IMG/VR virus record: IMGVR_UViG_3300030085_002462 | Reading direction: 5' to 3' (one strand) | Source: a virus | Length of the DNA: 64,000 nucleotides | In this document: positions 18,238 to 26,312 of the stretch, one piece after another | Numbering within the stretch: position 1 is the stretch's first letter | How the letters are laid out: the number at the start of each line of letters is the position of its first letter | Translations under genes and position numbers: made by a program | The notes under the pieces: model-generated | What the model saw: the letters and a program-made list of their open reading frames with translations, nothing else | The model's database searches: none | Told to the model about the DNA's origin: nothing

Positions 18238-18863
18238 AAGATACATTCTTAGGCATTCCATTTTATAGATTCTATTTTCCTGGTGACATCAAGGGAGTAG
18301 AAGAAGCATGTAAGACTCTTAACTATCGTCCTAATGGATCTAATATGATCTGGGATGGAGTGATCGAGAATGGTTACGGTGGTAGCGATTTACATAGACA
18401 TCCACATCCTGAGTTGATTAATCTGTTTGTATGGATTGATCAATGCTTGGATGAAGTTGCCAAAGATATGGGCATGGATAACAGACTCAAGATTAACTCT
18501 GCATGGTCTCATCTAAATAGACCAGGGCAATTCTTTTACGATCATACACATGCTAACTGTTTTGTTAGCAGTAACTACTATGTGAGTGGTCTTGAGCAAG
18601 ATAAAACCAAATGGTTTTGGCCTAATCCTTACTTCGATAAGACAAACATCTGGCCTTGGGGTGAGTGGGATGAGGATAAGTTTTTCCTCACTCATGAAGA
18701 GTCCACTGAACCAGGCAAGTATATTGTCTTTCCTCCAATGATTAGGCATCGAGCAGCGCCAAACAGTGCTGCTTATGATAGAATTACTATTGCAGCAAAT
18801 GCATTTCCAGATGGATACATCAATTCTTCTGGCGTATCCCATCTAGACATCAAGGTTCTGTAA
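18234..18863 (+). CDS. 2OG-Fe(II) oxygenase-like protein (TIGR02466-like)
   Basis: SAWSHLN...DHTHAN.FVSSNYY...GKYIVFPPMIRH...RITIAAN. Confidence 0.8.
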   Translation: MKDTFLGIPFYRFYFPGDIKGVEEACKTLNYRPNGSNMIWDGVIENGYGGSDLHRHPHPELINLFVWIDQCLDEVAKDMGMDNRLKINSAWSHLNRPGQFFYDHTHANCFVSSNYYVSGLEQDKTKWFWPNPYFDKTNIWPWGEWDEDKFFLTHEESTEPGKYIVFPPMIRHRAAPNSAAYDRITIAANAFPDGYINSSGVSHLDIKVL

Positions 18864-19109
18864 ATGAAAGAAATTGAAGAGAAGTTTATGACACAAGGCA
18901 AATTCACCTCACTGGTTGAGCACCTAGTGAAAGAAAGTGATGGTCTTATCAATTATATTGAAGCAGTTACATCTATCTGTGAAGAGTATGAGATTGAGGT
19001 TGAAACTGTTAACAAACTAATCTCTCGACCCCTGAAAGATAAGATCAAGTGGGATGCCCAACAACTTAATTACATTAAACGCACGAGTAGAGGAGTCCTT
19101 AACCTATGA
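18864..19109 (+). CDS. gp33: Late transcription co-activator gp33
   Basis: NYIEAVTSICEEYEIEVETVNKLISRPLKDKIKWDAQQLN; position upstream of gp32. Confidence 0.9.
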   Translation: MKEIEEKFMTQGKFTSLVEHLVKESDGLINYIEAVTSICEEYEIEVETVNKLISRPLKDKIKWDAQQLNYIKRTSRGVLNL

Positions 19110-19477
19110 GTGAGGAATCATTTTTCAAATCAGATGTCGTAGTCGAAGAGTTACAAGACATTCAAAAAACTTATACAGATCTGTTGAAAATGTCAGCAGG
19201 TCTTGCTGAATTCTCTCCCAAGGAGAGACTGGATCACATCGAGAAGACCCTAGAGTTGATTGCGAAACAGAAAGTATTCTATGCTCGCCTCGCACTAGCG
19301 TCACATGGTATCGAACCTGGCGATGAGAGTGAGGAAGTTGGTTTCCTTAAGTCTCGCATCGACCACATGTCAGAGGTCTATAGCGGCGGTCACAGTTTGC
19401 TCACAATTCTGGATCAGATGGAGCAGAAACTACAGACATGGCGTTATAACATCAAGAAAGACCTTGACAACGACTAA
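19106..19477 (+). CDS. DUF1825-like protein
   Basis: FFKSDVV..E...KQKVFYARLAL pattern recalled from the DUF1825 family. Confidence 0.65.
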   Translation: MSEESFFKSDVVVEELQDIQKTYTDLLKMSAGLAEFSPKERLDHIEKTLELIAKQKVFYARLALASHGIEPGDESEEVGFLKSRIDHMSEVYSGGHSLLTILDQMEQKLQTWRYNIKKDLDND

Positions 19478-19540
19478 ATAATATGCCATCATAATACGGT
19501 GGCACACACGCCAAATACAAACTACAACGGAGAAATACAA

Positions 19541-20464
19541 ATGTCCTTTTCAAGTCTTAAATCTAAGTCTGGATCGTTTTCTAAACTGACCCAGCAGATT
19601 GAGAAGATGTCTAAACCTCAAGGTGCTGGTCCCGACGAGCGTCTTTGGAAACCAGAGGTTGACAAGTCTGGCAACGGTTATGCTGTTGTCCGTTTCCTCC
19701 CCGAGCCTGAGGGTGAAGACCTTCCTTGGGCACAAGTGTGGAGTCACGCATTCCAAGGTCCTGGTGGATGGTATATTGAAAACTCTCTCACTACTCTGGG
19801 TCAAAAAGATCCTGTTGGTGAGTTGAATCGCACGCTGTGGAATAGCGGTATTGATGCAGACAAAGAGATTGCTCGCAAACAGAAGCGTAAACTCTCTTAC
19901 TACAGCAACATCTATGTTGTGAAAGATCCTCTGCATCCTGAGAATGAGGGTAAGGTTTTCCTCTATAAGTATGGTAAGAAGATCCATGACAAGATCGTCT
20001 CTGCTATGCAACCTCAGTTTGAAGATGAAGAACCTATCAATCCTTTCGATCTGTGGAAAGGTGCAGACTTCAAGATCAAGATCCAGACCATTGGTGGTTA
20101 CTGGAATTATGACAAGTCTGAGTTTGCTTCTGCAAGCATCCTTGGATCTTATGATGATGAAAAACTTGAGGAGATCTGGAAGCAACAGTATTCTCTGAAA
20201 GAGTTTACTGATTCAAGTAACTTCAAATCTTATGAGAAACTTGAAGAGCGTCTTAACATGGTGCTCAACAAGCGCTCTCAACCAGTGCGTCAACGTGATG
20301 AGTCAGAAGAAGATCTCTTCAACTCTGATGACATTATGACACCTAACGCAGTGGTACAACCTGACCCCACACCTAGTGGATTTGGTGCTAAGATTGAAGA
20401 GTTGAATAAAGCAGACGACGGACCTGATCTAGATTACTTCGCTGCTCTAGCACAAGAAGACTAA
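19541..20464 (+). CDS. gp32: Single-stranded DNA-binding protein gp32
   Basis: DERLWKP.VDKSGNGYAVVRFLP, HAFQGPGGWYIENS, YGKKI, acidic tail (LDYFAALAQED). GGAG RBS and A-rich leader; TTGACA at 19464 and late TAAATA at 19475. Confidence 0.97.
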   Translation: MSFSSLKSKSGSFSKLTQQIEKMSKPQGAGPDERLWKPEVDKSGNGYAVVRFLPEPEGEDLPWAQVWSHAFQGPGGWYIENSLTTLGQKDPVGELNRTLWNSGIDADKEIARKQKRKLSYYSNIYVVKDPLHPENEGKVFLYKYGKKIHDKIVSAMQPQFEDEEPINPFDLWKGADFKIKIQTIGGYWNYDKSEFASASILGSYDDEKLEEIWKQQYSLKEFTDSSNFKSYEKLEERLNMVLNKRSQPVRQRDESEEDLFNSDDIMTPNAVVQPDPTPSGFGAKIEELNKADDGPDLDYFAALAQED

Positions 20465-20823
20465 TGAAACTCCCCAACTGGCAACATAATTCTGGCAAAG
20501 ACCAGAAACGCACTTTGAAACCTCAAGCATTGAGGCAAGCAAAGAAGCGACGCAGTGCTCTCAAAAAGAAACTGCTGTTTGGTGCTGCTGTGTTGGGGAT
20601 TCTTTCTGTCCAACCTGCCAACGCACTCACTTGGAAGGAGTTTTGGGAACCATTCCAAGACGATCACCACCACCACTATCATTATGACTATGGTCACCAC
20701 CACTATCATCGTCCTAGACGACGTTGTGAAGTGGTAGTCCACCGTGAGATGTGGGTGCCTGGCAATTACTATAGATCAGGTTACATGAGACGATGGTCCG
20801 AACTAGAATGGAGGCGCTGTTGA
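20464..20823 (+). CDS. Hypothetical protein: basic N-terminal peptide joined to a signal-peptide, His-rich domain (possible gene fusion)
   Basis: ORF track; internal KKLLFGAAVLGILSVQPANA looks like a signal peptide. Confidence 0.65.
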   Translation: MKLPNWQHNSGKDQKRTLKPQALRQAKKRRSALKKKLLFGAAVLGILSVQPANALTWKEFWEPFQDDHHHHYHYDYGHHHYHRPRRRCEVVVHREMWVPGNYYRSGYMRRWSELEWRRC

Positions 20824-21059
20824 CCGAAGCTATTGTCTACACAAATGGTAACCAAGAATGTGAGAGACTGCTCTCACTTCTAGAGAATACTAACGTCAAG
20901 CGAAGAGTATACATGCTTGACAAAGATTTCACCAAGCAACAATTTCAAATGGAGTTTGGTGGTGATGCACACTATCCTCAAGTCGCTTTCGGTGTTAGAC
21001 ACATCGGTGGCATGAAAGATGCACTGCATTACCTCAAAGAGAAAGGACTCATTCACTGA
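20820..21059 (+). CDS. Glutaredoxin-like protein lacking CxxC
   Basis: GGAGG then TTG at 20820; DFTKQQF..EFG....YPQV....RHIGG thioredoxin-fold pattern; only one Cys (QEC). Confidence 0.7.
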   Translation: MTEAIVYTNGNQECERLLSLLENTNVKRRVYMLDKDFTKQQFQMEFGGDAHYPQVAFGVRHIGGMKDALHYLKEKGLIH

Positions 21060-21148
21060 CCCCATATATTATTTCACTTTCCGTTCACAGGAAGGTCGAA
21101 AAAAAATTCGGGGTATTTTTTGGTCCTCAGGGTTTTTGCAAATTTACT

Positions 21149-21346
21149 ATGACACACTACAAACCTTATTCGCCCGAATGGCATAGATTTAGGTATCTTA
21201 AAGAATCAATCTACAAATATCTTGATGACGGCATAGATAATGATGTTATCATGCAAGATATTCTAAATATTGTGTGTGAGCGCCAAGACGCTGCACATGC
21301 CGAGTATCATAAACTCGAAGACCTAGAATCCAAACTGCGCGTTTAA
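21149..21346 (+). CDS. Conserved cyanophage hypothetical protein
   Basis: MTHYKPYSPEWHR... Confidence 0.75.
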   Translation: MTHYKPYSPEWHRFRYLKESIYKYLDDGIDNDVIMQDILNIVCERQDAAHAEYHKLEDLESKLRV

Positions 21347-21347
21347 T

Positions 21348-21665
21348 ATGCTGTCAACCGCCTACCGCCTTCGTCTTGAAGGCATTTGCCGCTGCATTGC
21401 TAGTAATGAAGAAGTCCCATTAGAAGATATGATCTGGGCAGAGAAATTGGCAAAACGCCATACTACTGCTCGTAACTGGTTAACCAATGCCAGACGCCTT
21501 GCTGCAAATCCAGATGTAGAGGAAGGGGGGACAGACGATTTTTTGAATAAGATGGGTTTGGGAGATCCAGATCCAACACGTCATCGCACTACATTTGAGT
21601 CCGCTGACGATATTGAAGATTGGTTTCGACGCGATAAACCTGATGACTGGAGACAACGAGATTAG
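21348..21665 (+). CDS. Conserved cyanophage hypothetical protein
   Basis: MLSTAYRLRLEGIC...DDWRQRD. Confidence 0.8.
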   Translation: MLSTAYRLRLEGICRCIASNEEVPLEDMIWAEKLAKRHTTARNWLTNARRLAANPDVEEGGTDDFLNKMGLGDPDPTRHRTTFESADDIEDWFRRDKPDDWRQRD

Positions 21666-21813
21666 ACCAGTTGACTATTTGCTCCTTATTAGTGAAATGG
21701 AAGGAGCGTGCACATACACAAAAAAATACGGTTGGACCGAGGATCATGAAATCCTACGAAAAATGTGCAACCGTTATTATAAGGAATATTTTAAGTTAAA
21801 GAAGAAAAGTTAA
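21643..21813 (+). CDS. Hypothetical protein
   Basis: In-frame ATG at 21643; its stop overlaps the convergent gp53 stop. Confidence 0.5.
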   Translation: MTGDNEIRPVDYLLLISEMEGACTYTKKYGWTEDHEILRKMCNRYYKEYFKLKKKS

Positions 21814-22772
21814 TATCCTCCTCCATAACCCTGACTCAGATTAGTGCCACTGGACTGACCACTACTTGACCCGTATTGGTTAGTTTCAGTGGTTGTTTGT
21901 GTTCCTGCCTGAGATGTAGTGCCTGATGAAGTGTTTGATGTAGTGCCTGATGAAGTGCCAGCAGCACCTGTAGTCACGGTTGTGGTGCCATCAGCAAGTG
22001 TCTGACCTTCACCAATACCGAGAGATTCGCGTGTAAACGTCCTAGACGTATATTCGCCAGTTGCAGCAAACTCGACAGATGGGATATTTCCAATATCTGT
22101 AGAATACTCGTCTTTGACTGTTTTGAAGACTTCTCTAACAGCACCTTGAGTGACTTTATCGCCATTTTCATCAACTTCGCTATTTGGAAGATATTCGCAA
22201 AGATTGAGGAATTCCTCTACAAATTCGGTTAGATATTGAGGTCTTAAAAGGTAAATATTGCGTTTATAGTCATTATCTCTAACTTCATATTCCCAGTTAG
22301 TTACTGGAAACAGTAAATCTTCTTTTAGGACAGGTGTGCCGTCAGGACGATTATATGTGAAAGTCTCAGAAACAGTCATTCCTGATTTCAGCATAATATC
22401 ACCCCTAGGTGACTTAATTTCTTGAGTTTCCCAATGATGGATATCGTCGATATTTGAGTAATGAGTAGAAGCAAACTTATATAACTCATCCTCTGTCATG
22501 GGCCATTCATCGTAAACATTGATGATGTTATTACAGATCAACACCACCCAGTCATACGCCATATTGCCATAAAACTTCCAAGCAGTCTGATCAGGTCTTT
22601 CATTGTTAGGGACCGTATACTGCTCAAAACCCAATACTACATCATCTAGATTATCTCTAATCTTAATTCTACGAAAGATATTCTTCGCCAAGACATAGGG
22701 ATCTACGTTATCACGTCTATAAGACGAGTTTCTAACATAGACATTAGGTAAGAATGTAAAGTAATTAGACAT
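21810..22772 (-). CDS. gp53: Baseplate wedge subunit gp53 with Ser/Thr/Gly-rich C-terminal tail
   Basis: YFTFLPNV.V...KNIFRRIK...ERPDQTA..FYG....DWVVLICNNIINVYDEWP...IHHWET. Confidence 0.88.
   Translation of the reverse strand: MSNYFTFLPNVYVRNSSYRRDNVDPYVLAKNIFRRIKIRDNLDDVVLGFEQYTVPNNERPDQTAWKFYGNMAYDWVVLICNNIINVYDEWPMTEDELYKFASTHYSNIDDIHHWETQEIKSPRGDIMLKSGMTVSETFTYNRPDGTPVLKEDLLFPVTNWEYEVRDNDYKRNIYLLRPQYLTEFVEEFLNLCEYLPNSEVDENGDKVTQGAVREVFKTVKDEYSTDIGNIPSVEFAATGEYTSRTFTRESLGIGEGQTLADGTTTVTTGAAGTSSGTTSNTSSGTTSQAGTQTTTETNQYGSSSGQSSGTNLSQGYGGGY
21913..21957. repeat. 21-bp perfect direct repeat with 24-bp period in the gp53 tail
   Basis: GATGTAGTGCCTGATGAAGTG at 21913 and 21937 (encodes TSSGTTS twice). 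Confidence 0.85.
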
Positions 22773-23760
22773 TAGAATCCTCGAAGAAGTCTCTGACAAG
22801 GAGACCAGTTTCTTTGAAAGTCAGTTGCATTTGATAAGCAACAGGACCAAAATCATATGTTTCGTCACCACCTGCTCTAGATTGTAGAGAAGCATAATTA
22901 CCACCCTGTGCAAGATTGAGTTGCATACCACCCAACACACACTTAACAGGGAATCTCATGAGGTTTTGAAGGACTCCTCCTTTATCACCACTGTTAGGTG
23001 ATACGATTTCTTCCTGCTCTCCACTTGACTTATGTCTGACAATGCTCAAACGGAAGTAATCAGGTATAGTTAGCCACCTATTTTCACTGCCAGCTCCTGT
23101 ACCATAGGCAGGTAACATTGCTTTTCTGAGTGACTGAATAATTTCATTGATAGTGACAACATCAGATGCAGTTTTAGGTGCAAGCGTAAAATTAAATGAA
23201 TGTTGTCTAGGATCAACACCCTCAAACACCATTTCTTCGTATGGGTTGAAGATTTTCTTCTGAGTTAGTGCTGATAGACTATTAGGTGTCAGACTTGCTG
23301 ATCCACCTGTAGCACTTGCAATAGTGCTGATTGCTTGAGCACCCAGAGCAAAACCTAGTTGTGGTTTCGCTGCTTTTGCCATGGATTCAACCTTTGAGCC
23401 GAAGTCATCAGAGATACCACCAGCAGCAATCATGTCTCCTGCCAAACCAACAGCACCTGATCCCACTTCTCCAAGTGCTTGCAAGTTATATCTTGCACTA
23501 TAAGATTCAGCGAGTTGGTTAGGAAGATATAGATAAATCTCTTGTTTGATAGATCCGCCAAATCCCTTATTTCTAGATCTACCGTTTCCACCTACATAAT
23601 TATATGGATTATTGTCCTCACTCTGAGAATCGTATATATCGATCTTCAGATAATCGATCACCTCAGTCGGAAACTGCGCATCAGGTTTGATCGCCTGACG
23701 ACTGTTTGTAGACGTAGGTCCATACGGTTTGGACTTTGGAAATACCAATATTTGGCTCAT
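22765..23760 (-). CDS. gp48: Baseplate tail-tube cap gp48
   Basis: IYLYLP, NPYEEMVFEG...R.HSFNFTLAPK, P.YFRL, CVL..MQL; adjacent to gp53. Confidence 0.85.
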   Translation of the reverse strand: MSQILVFPKSKPYGPTSTNSRQAIKPDAQFPTEVIDYLKIDIYDSQSEDNNPYNYVGGNGRSRNKGFGGSIKQEIYLYLPNQLAESYSARYNLQALGEVGSGAVGLAGDMIAAGGISDDFGSKVESMAKAAKPQLGFALGAQAISTIASATGGSASLTPNSLSALTQKKIFNPYEEMVFEGVDPRQHSFNFTLAPKTASDVVTINEIIQSLRKAMLPAYGTGAGSENRWLTIPDYFRLSIVRHKSSGEQEEIVSPNSGDKGGVLQNLMRFPVKCVLGGMQLNLAQGGNYASLQSRAGGDETYDFGPVAYQMQLTFKETGLLVRDFFEDSNV

Positions 23761-24193
23761 GAGTTACTCGGGAAAGTTTAGACCTTCAAATATCTCAAAA
23801 TATAAGGGTGACCCTACCAATATTATTTATAGGTCTTTGTGGGAAAGAAAATTCATGGTTTGGTGTGATAAAAATGAAAACATCCTTGAATGGGGCAGTG
23901 AAGAGATTATTATCCCCTATGTCAGCCCTGTTGATAATCGGATTCATCGCTATTATCCCGATTTCTACGTCAGAGCAAGAACCAGGCACGGAAGGATTAA
24001 GAAGTTCATTATCGAAGTTAAACCGCTCTCGCAGACTAAAATACCCAAAAAACAAAAAAGGGTAACTAAGAAATACCTCACTGAGGTTAAAACTTATGCA
24101 GTAAATGATGCAAAATGGAAAGCAGCACGAGAATATTGTGCTGATCGCCGTATGGAATTTATGATACTCACCGAAAAAGAATTAAAGGTATGA
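23759..24193 (+). CDS. gp4: Head completion nuclease gp4
   Basis: YSGKFRP.N..KYKGDPTNIIYRSLWERKFM.WCD...WGSEE...HRYYPDF...IEVKP...NDAKWKAA. Confidence 0.93.
   Translation: MSYSGKFRPSNISKYKGDPTNIIYRSLWERKFMVWCDKNENILEWGSEEIIIPYVSPVDNRIHRYYPDFYVRARTRHGRIKKFIIEVKPLSQTKIPKKQKRVTKKYLTEVKTYAVNDAKWKAAREYCADRRMEFMILTEKELKV
23824..23831 (-). promoter_or_regulatory. Late promoter for gp48-gp53, lying inside the gp4 coding sequence
   Basis: TATAAATA on the minus strand. Confidence 0.7.
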
Positions 24194-24666
24194 GCATCTT
24201 CAAAGACGTAAAAGATCTTGCTGAAGGTAAGACCCAATCAAAAGACTGGTATCGTAGTCAACTCTATTACGGTCTGGAGGACTATACTGGCGGGTTTACG
24301 CCAGGTGATATTATCACTTTCAATTACAATGCCGCCAACCCTAGAGGGAATCTGCCATGGTATGATAGGTTTCCATTGGTGCAAATAAGTGATTTAGACA
24401 CTCCAATGGGTCAATTCAGTGGTGGCAACGTGCACTATTTAGCACCGAGTGCCCGAAAAGGCATCTGTGAGTCATGGGCAGACGGTGGTCAAGCATATCC
24501 TGCCAGATGCCATCATAAATACTTTATATCCAACTGTAGTAATGTAAAAGTCGTCCCGAGGATCGAGTTACGCGATATGACTCCCCTCCCCATTGAGCAA
24601 TTCGTGTTTAATGTGTTAGGACGATGGGTTGATGTCCCTTCAAATCACATATGGAGTCGCCTATAA
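24190..24666 (+). CDS. gp2: DNA end-protector protein gp2
   Basis: KDWY...YDRFPLV...GGNVHYL..R; follows gp4. Confidence 0.75.
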   Translation: MSIFKDVKDLAEGKTQSKDWYRSQLYYGLEDYTGGFTPGDIITFNYNAANPRGNLPWYDRFPLVQISDLDTPMGQFSGGNVHYLAPSARKGICESWADGGQAYPARCHHKYFISNCSNVKVVPRIELRDMTPLPIEQFVFNVLGRWVDVPSNHIWSRL

Positions 24667-25392
24667 ATGGCATATTCAGAGCCTAATGGTTTTAGGAGGT
24701 TTTATGATCTTGTAGCATCTGGTGCCAAGGAGCCATCGAGGTCTAACCTATTTTCCGTGTTTATCGGGATACCTCCTGTGCTGCGTGCTAACGAAAACTT
24801 TGATTTCAAAGAATACCAAGAAACTATCAACTATTTCGCGGATTCTGTAACTGTTCCTGGCAGGAGAATTACTACAGGTCAAGTTAGAGACGTTGGTGCA
24901 ATGCGTCGTTTTGCCACTGACACCGCTTTTGGTGATGCAGCATTCTCATTCATCCTTACAAAGGACATGTATGCACGCACATTCTTTGAAAGATGGATGA
25001 ATTACACTGCATCAGACGCAGAAAATCGTGTTACACTGTATGATCAATATACAACTAACATTATTATAAGTAAGTGGGAGTCTGGGTCAGGTGTTAAATA
25101 TAAGGACGCTTTGACTGATGCAGAGCTTCGCTTAAATAGAGTCACTGGTGTGTGGCAGATGTATGGGGCATTTCCTTATGACATGTCTGCTATGAGTTTG
25201 ACTAACGGACCCACAGATCTCATCAAGGTAGATGTTAAATTCTACTATGAGAGATATAGATTTGACACTGTATCGGAGAATATCTCCTTTGATGCAAACA
25301 AAGCTGATCGTGTTGTTAACCAATTCTCCGATGTCGCTAGGACATTGGGTATTCCTATGGCACAGTCAGATGTCGCCAGATATGGCATCTAA
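24667..25392 (+). CDS. Tail-tube-fold protein (gp54 / gp19-like tube initiator)
   Basis: RSNLFSV.I, SVTVPGR, R.FFERWMN, AFP, VKFYY; typical tube-fold pattern. Confidence 0.75.
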   Translation: MAYSEPNGFRRFYDLVASGAKEPSRSNLFSVFIGIPPVLRANENFDFKEYQETINYFADSVTVPGRRITTGQVRDVGAMRRFATDTAFGDAAFSFILTKDMYARTFFERWMNYTASDAENRVTLYDQYTTNIIISKWESGSGVKYKDALTDAELRLNRVTGVWQMYGAFPYDMSAMSLTNGPTDLIKVDVKFYYERYRFDTVSENISFDANKADRVVNQFSDVARTLGIPMAQSDVARYGI

Positions 25393-25416
25393 ATAGATTT
25401 AATAGTATGGAGTATT

Positions 25417-26121
25417 ATGCCTTTACCTAAGCTTGCAATTCCTGAATATGAATTGACACTTCCGATTACTGGTCAAAAGGTTAATTATAGACCTTTCCTT
25501 GTAAAAGAAGAGAAACTACTATATCTTGCAATGGAATCGCAAGATGAGAAACAGATGGTTAAAGCAGTTAAGACTATCATCAAAAACTGCACAAACCTGA
25601 AACAAAAAATTGAGTCACTTGCCACTTTTGAGATTGAGTATATCTTCCTTCGCATTCGCTCTAAAGCGGTTGCTGAAGTGAGTGAATTCAAAGTCACTTG
25701 CCCTGACGATGACACAACAATGGTCGAAGTACAAGTCCCTCTAGAGGAAGTTGAGCTCAACATCCCTGAAGGACACAAGCAGAAGATCATGCTCAATGAT
25801 GATATTGGTATCAAGATGAAGTATCCTTCACTGGATCTCTTTATCAACCAAAACATGAAAGATGAAGCAGATCTAGATGATATCTTTGATCTTGCTGCGC
25901 AGTGTATTGAGGCAGTATACGACACCGAAGAAATTCACACTGATTTCACGAAAGCAGAAGCAATCGAGTTTCTTGAGAATCTGAATTCTGATCAATTTGC
26001 TAAGATTCAGACATTCTTTGAAACTATGCCCAAACTGTCTTATACCTTGAATGTCAAGAATCCTAAGACAGGTGTAGATAATGAAATTAAACTTGAGGGA
26101 CTAGCGGCTTTTTTCGCCTAA
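25417..26121 (+). CDS. gp26: Baseplate hub assembly protein gp26
   Basis: MPLPKL..PEYELTLP.TG.KV.YRPFLVKEEKLL...FEIEYIFLRIRSKAV...LEGL..FF; late promoter TAAATA at 25390. Confidence 0.92.
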   Translation: MPLPKLAIPEYELTLPITGQKVNYRPFLVKEEKLLYLAMESQDEKQMVKAVKTIIKNCTNLKQKIESLATFEIEYIFLRIRSKAVAEVSEFKVTCPDDDTTMVEVQVPLEEVELNIPEGHKQKIMLNDDIGIKMKYPSLDLFINQNMKDEADLDDIFDLAAQCIEAVYDTEEIHTDFTKAEAIEFLENLNSDQFAKIQTFFETMPKLSYTLNVKNPKTGVDNEIKLEGLAAFFA

Positions 26122-26169
26122 GCCTAATGCATAATAGTCTTGAAAACTACTACAAGACTAACTTTGCAT
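26095..26169 (+). promoter_or_regulatory. Candidate -1 programmed ribosomal frameshift signal (gp26 to gp51)
   Basis: SD-like GAGGGA(26095-100), slippery T_TTT_TTC(26109-115) in the gp26 frame, and a hairpin at 26127-26169; gp51 lies in the -1 frame. Confidence 0.6.
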
Positions 26170-26312
26170 TAGTGCAGCATCACAAATACAGTCTCACAGA
26201 GATTGAAAATCTGATGCCTTGGGAAAGAGATGTATATGTGAATCTTTTATTGGCTCACCTCGCTGAAGAGGAAAGACGCCAGAAACAAGATCAATCACGA
26301 ATGTCACTTTAA
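26127..26312 (+). CDS. gp51: Baseplate hub assembly catalyst gp51 (short cyanophage form)
   Basis: LENYYKTNFALVQHHKYSLTEIENLMPWERDVYVNLL. Confidence 0.9.
   Translation: MHNSLENYYKTNFALVQHHKYSLTEIENLMPWERDVYVNLLLAHLAEEERRQKQDQSRMSL

Noticed and set aside
19499-19540. Upstream ATG extension of gp32 (MAHTPNTNYNGEIQ)
   Set aside because: The GGAG RBS lies just before ATG 19541 and the family N-terminus is MSF; the extension is the A-rich leader.
21810-21990. Ser/Thr/Gly-rich gp53 tail with a 21-bp repeat as a distinct system
   Set aside because: Low-complexity tails with short duplications are common slippage products; recorded as a repeat only.
23729-23758. Upstream extension of gp4 given by the ORF track (TTG 23729)
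   Set aside because: The gp4 family begins at MxYSGK; the extension is antisense gp48 sequence with no RBS.
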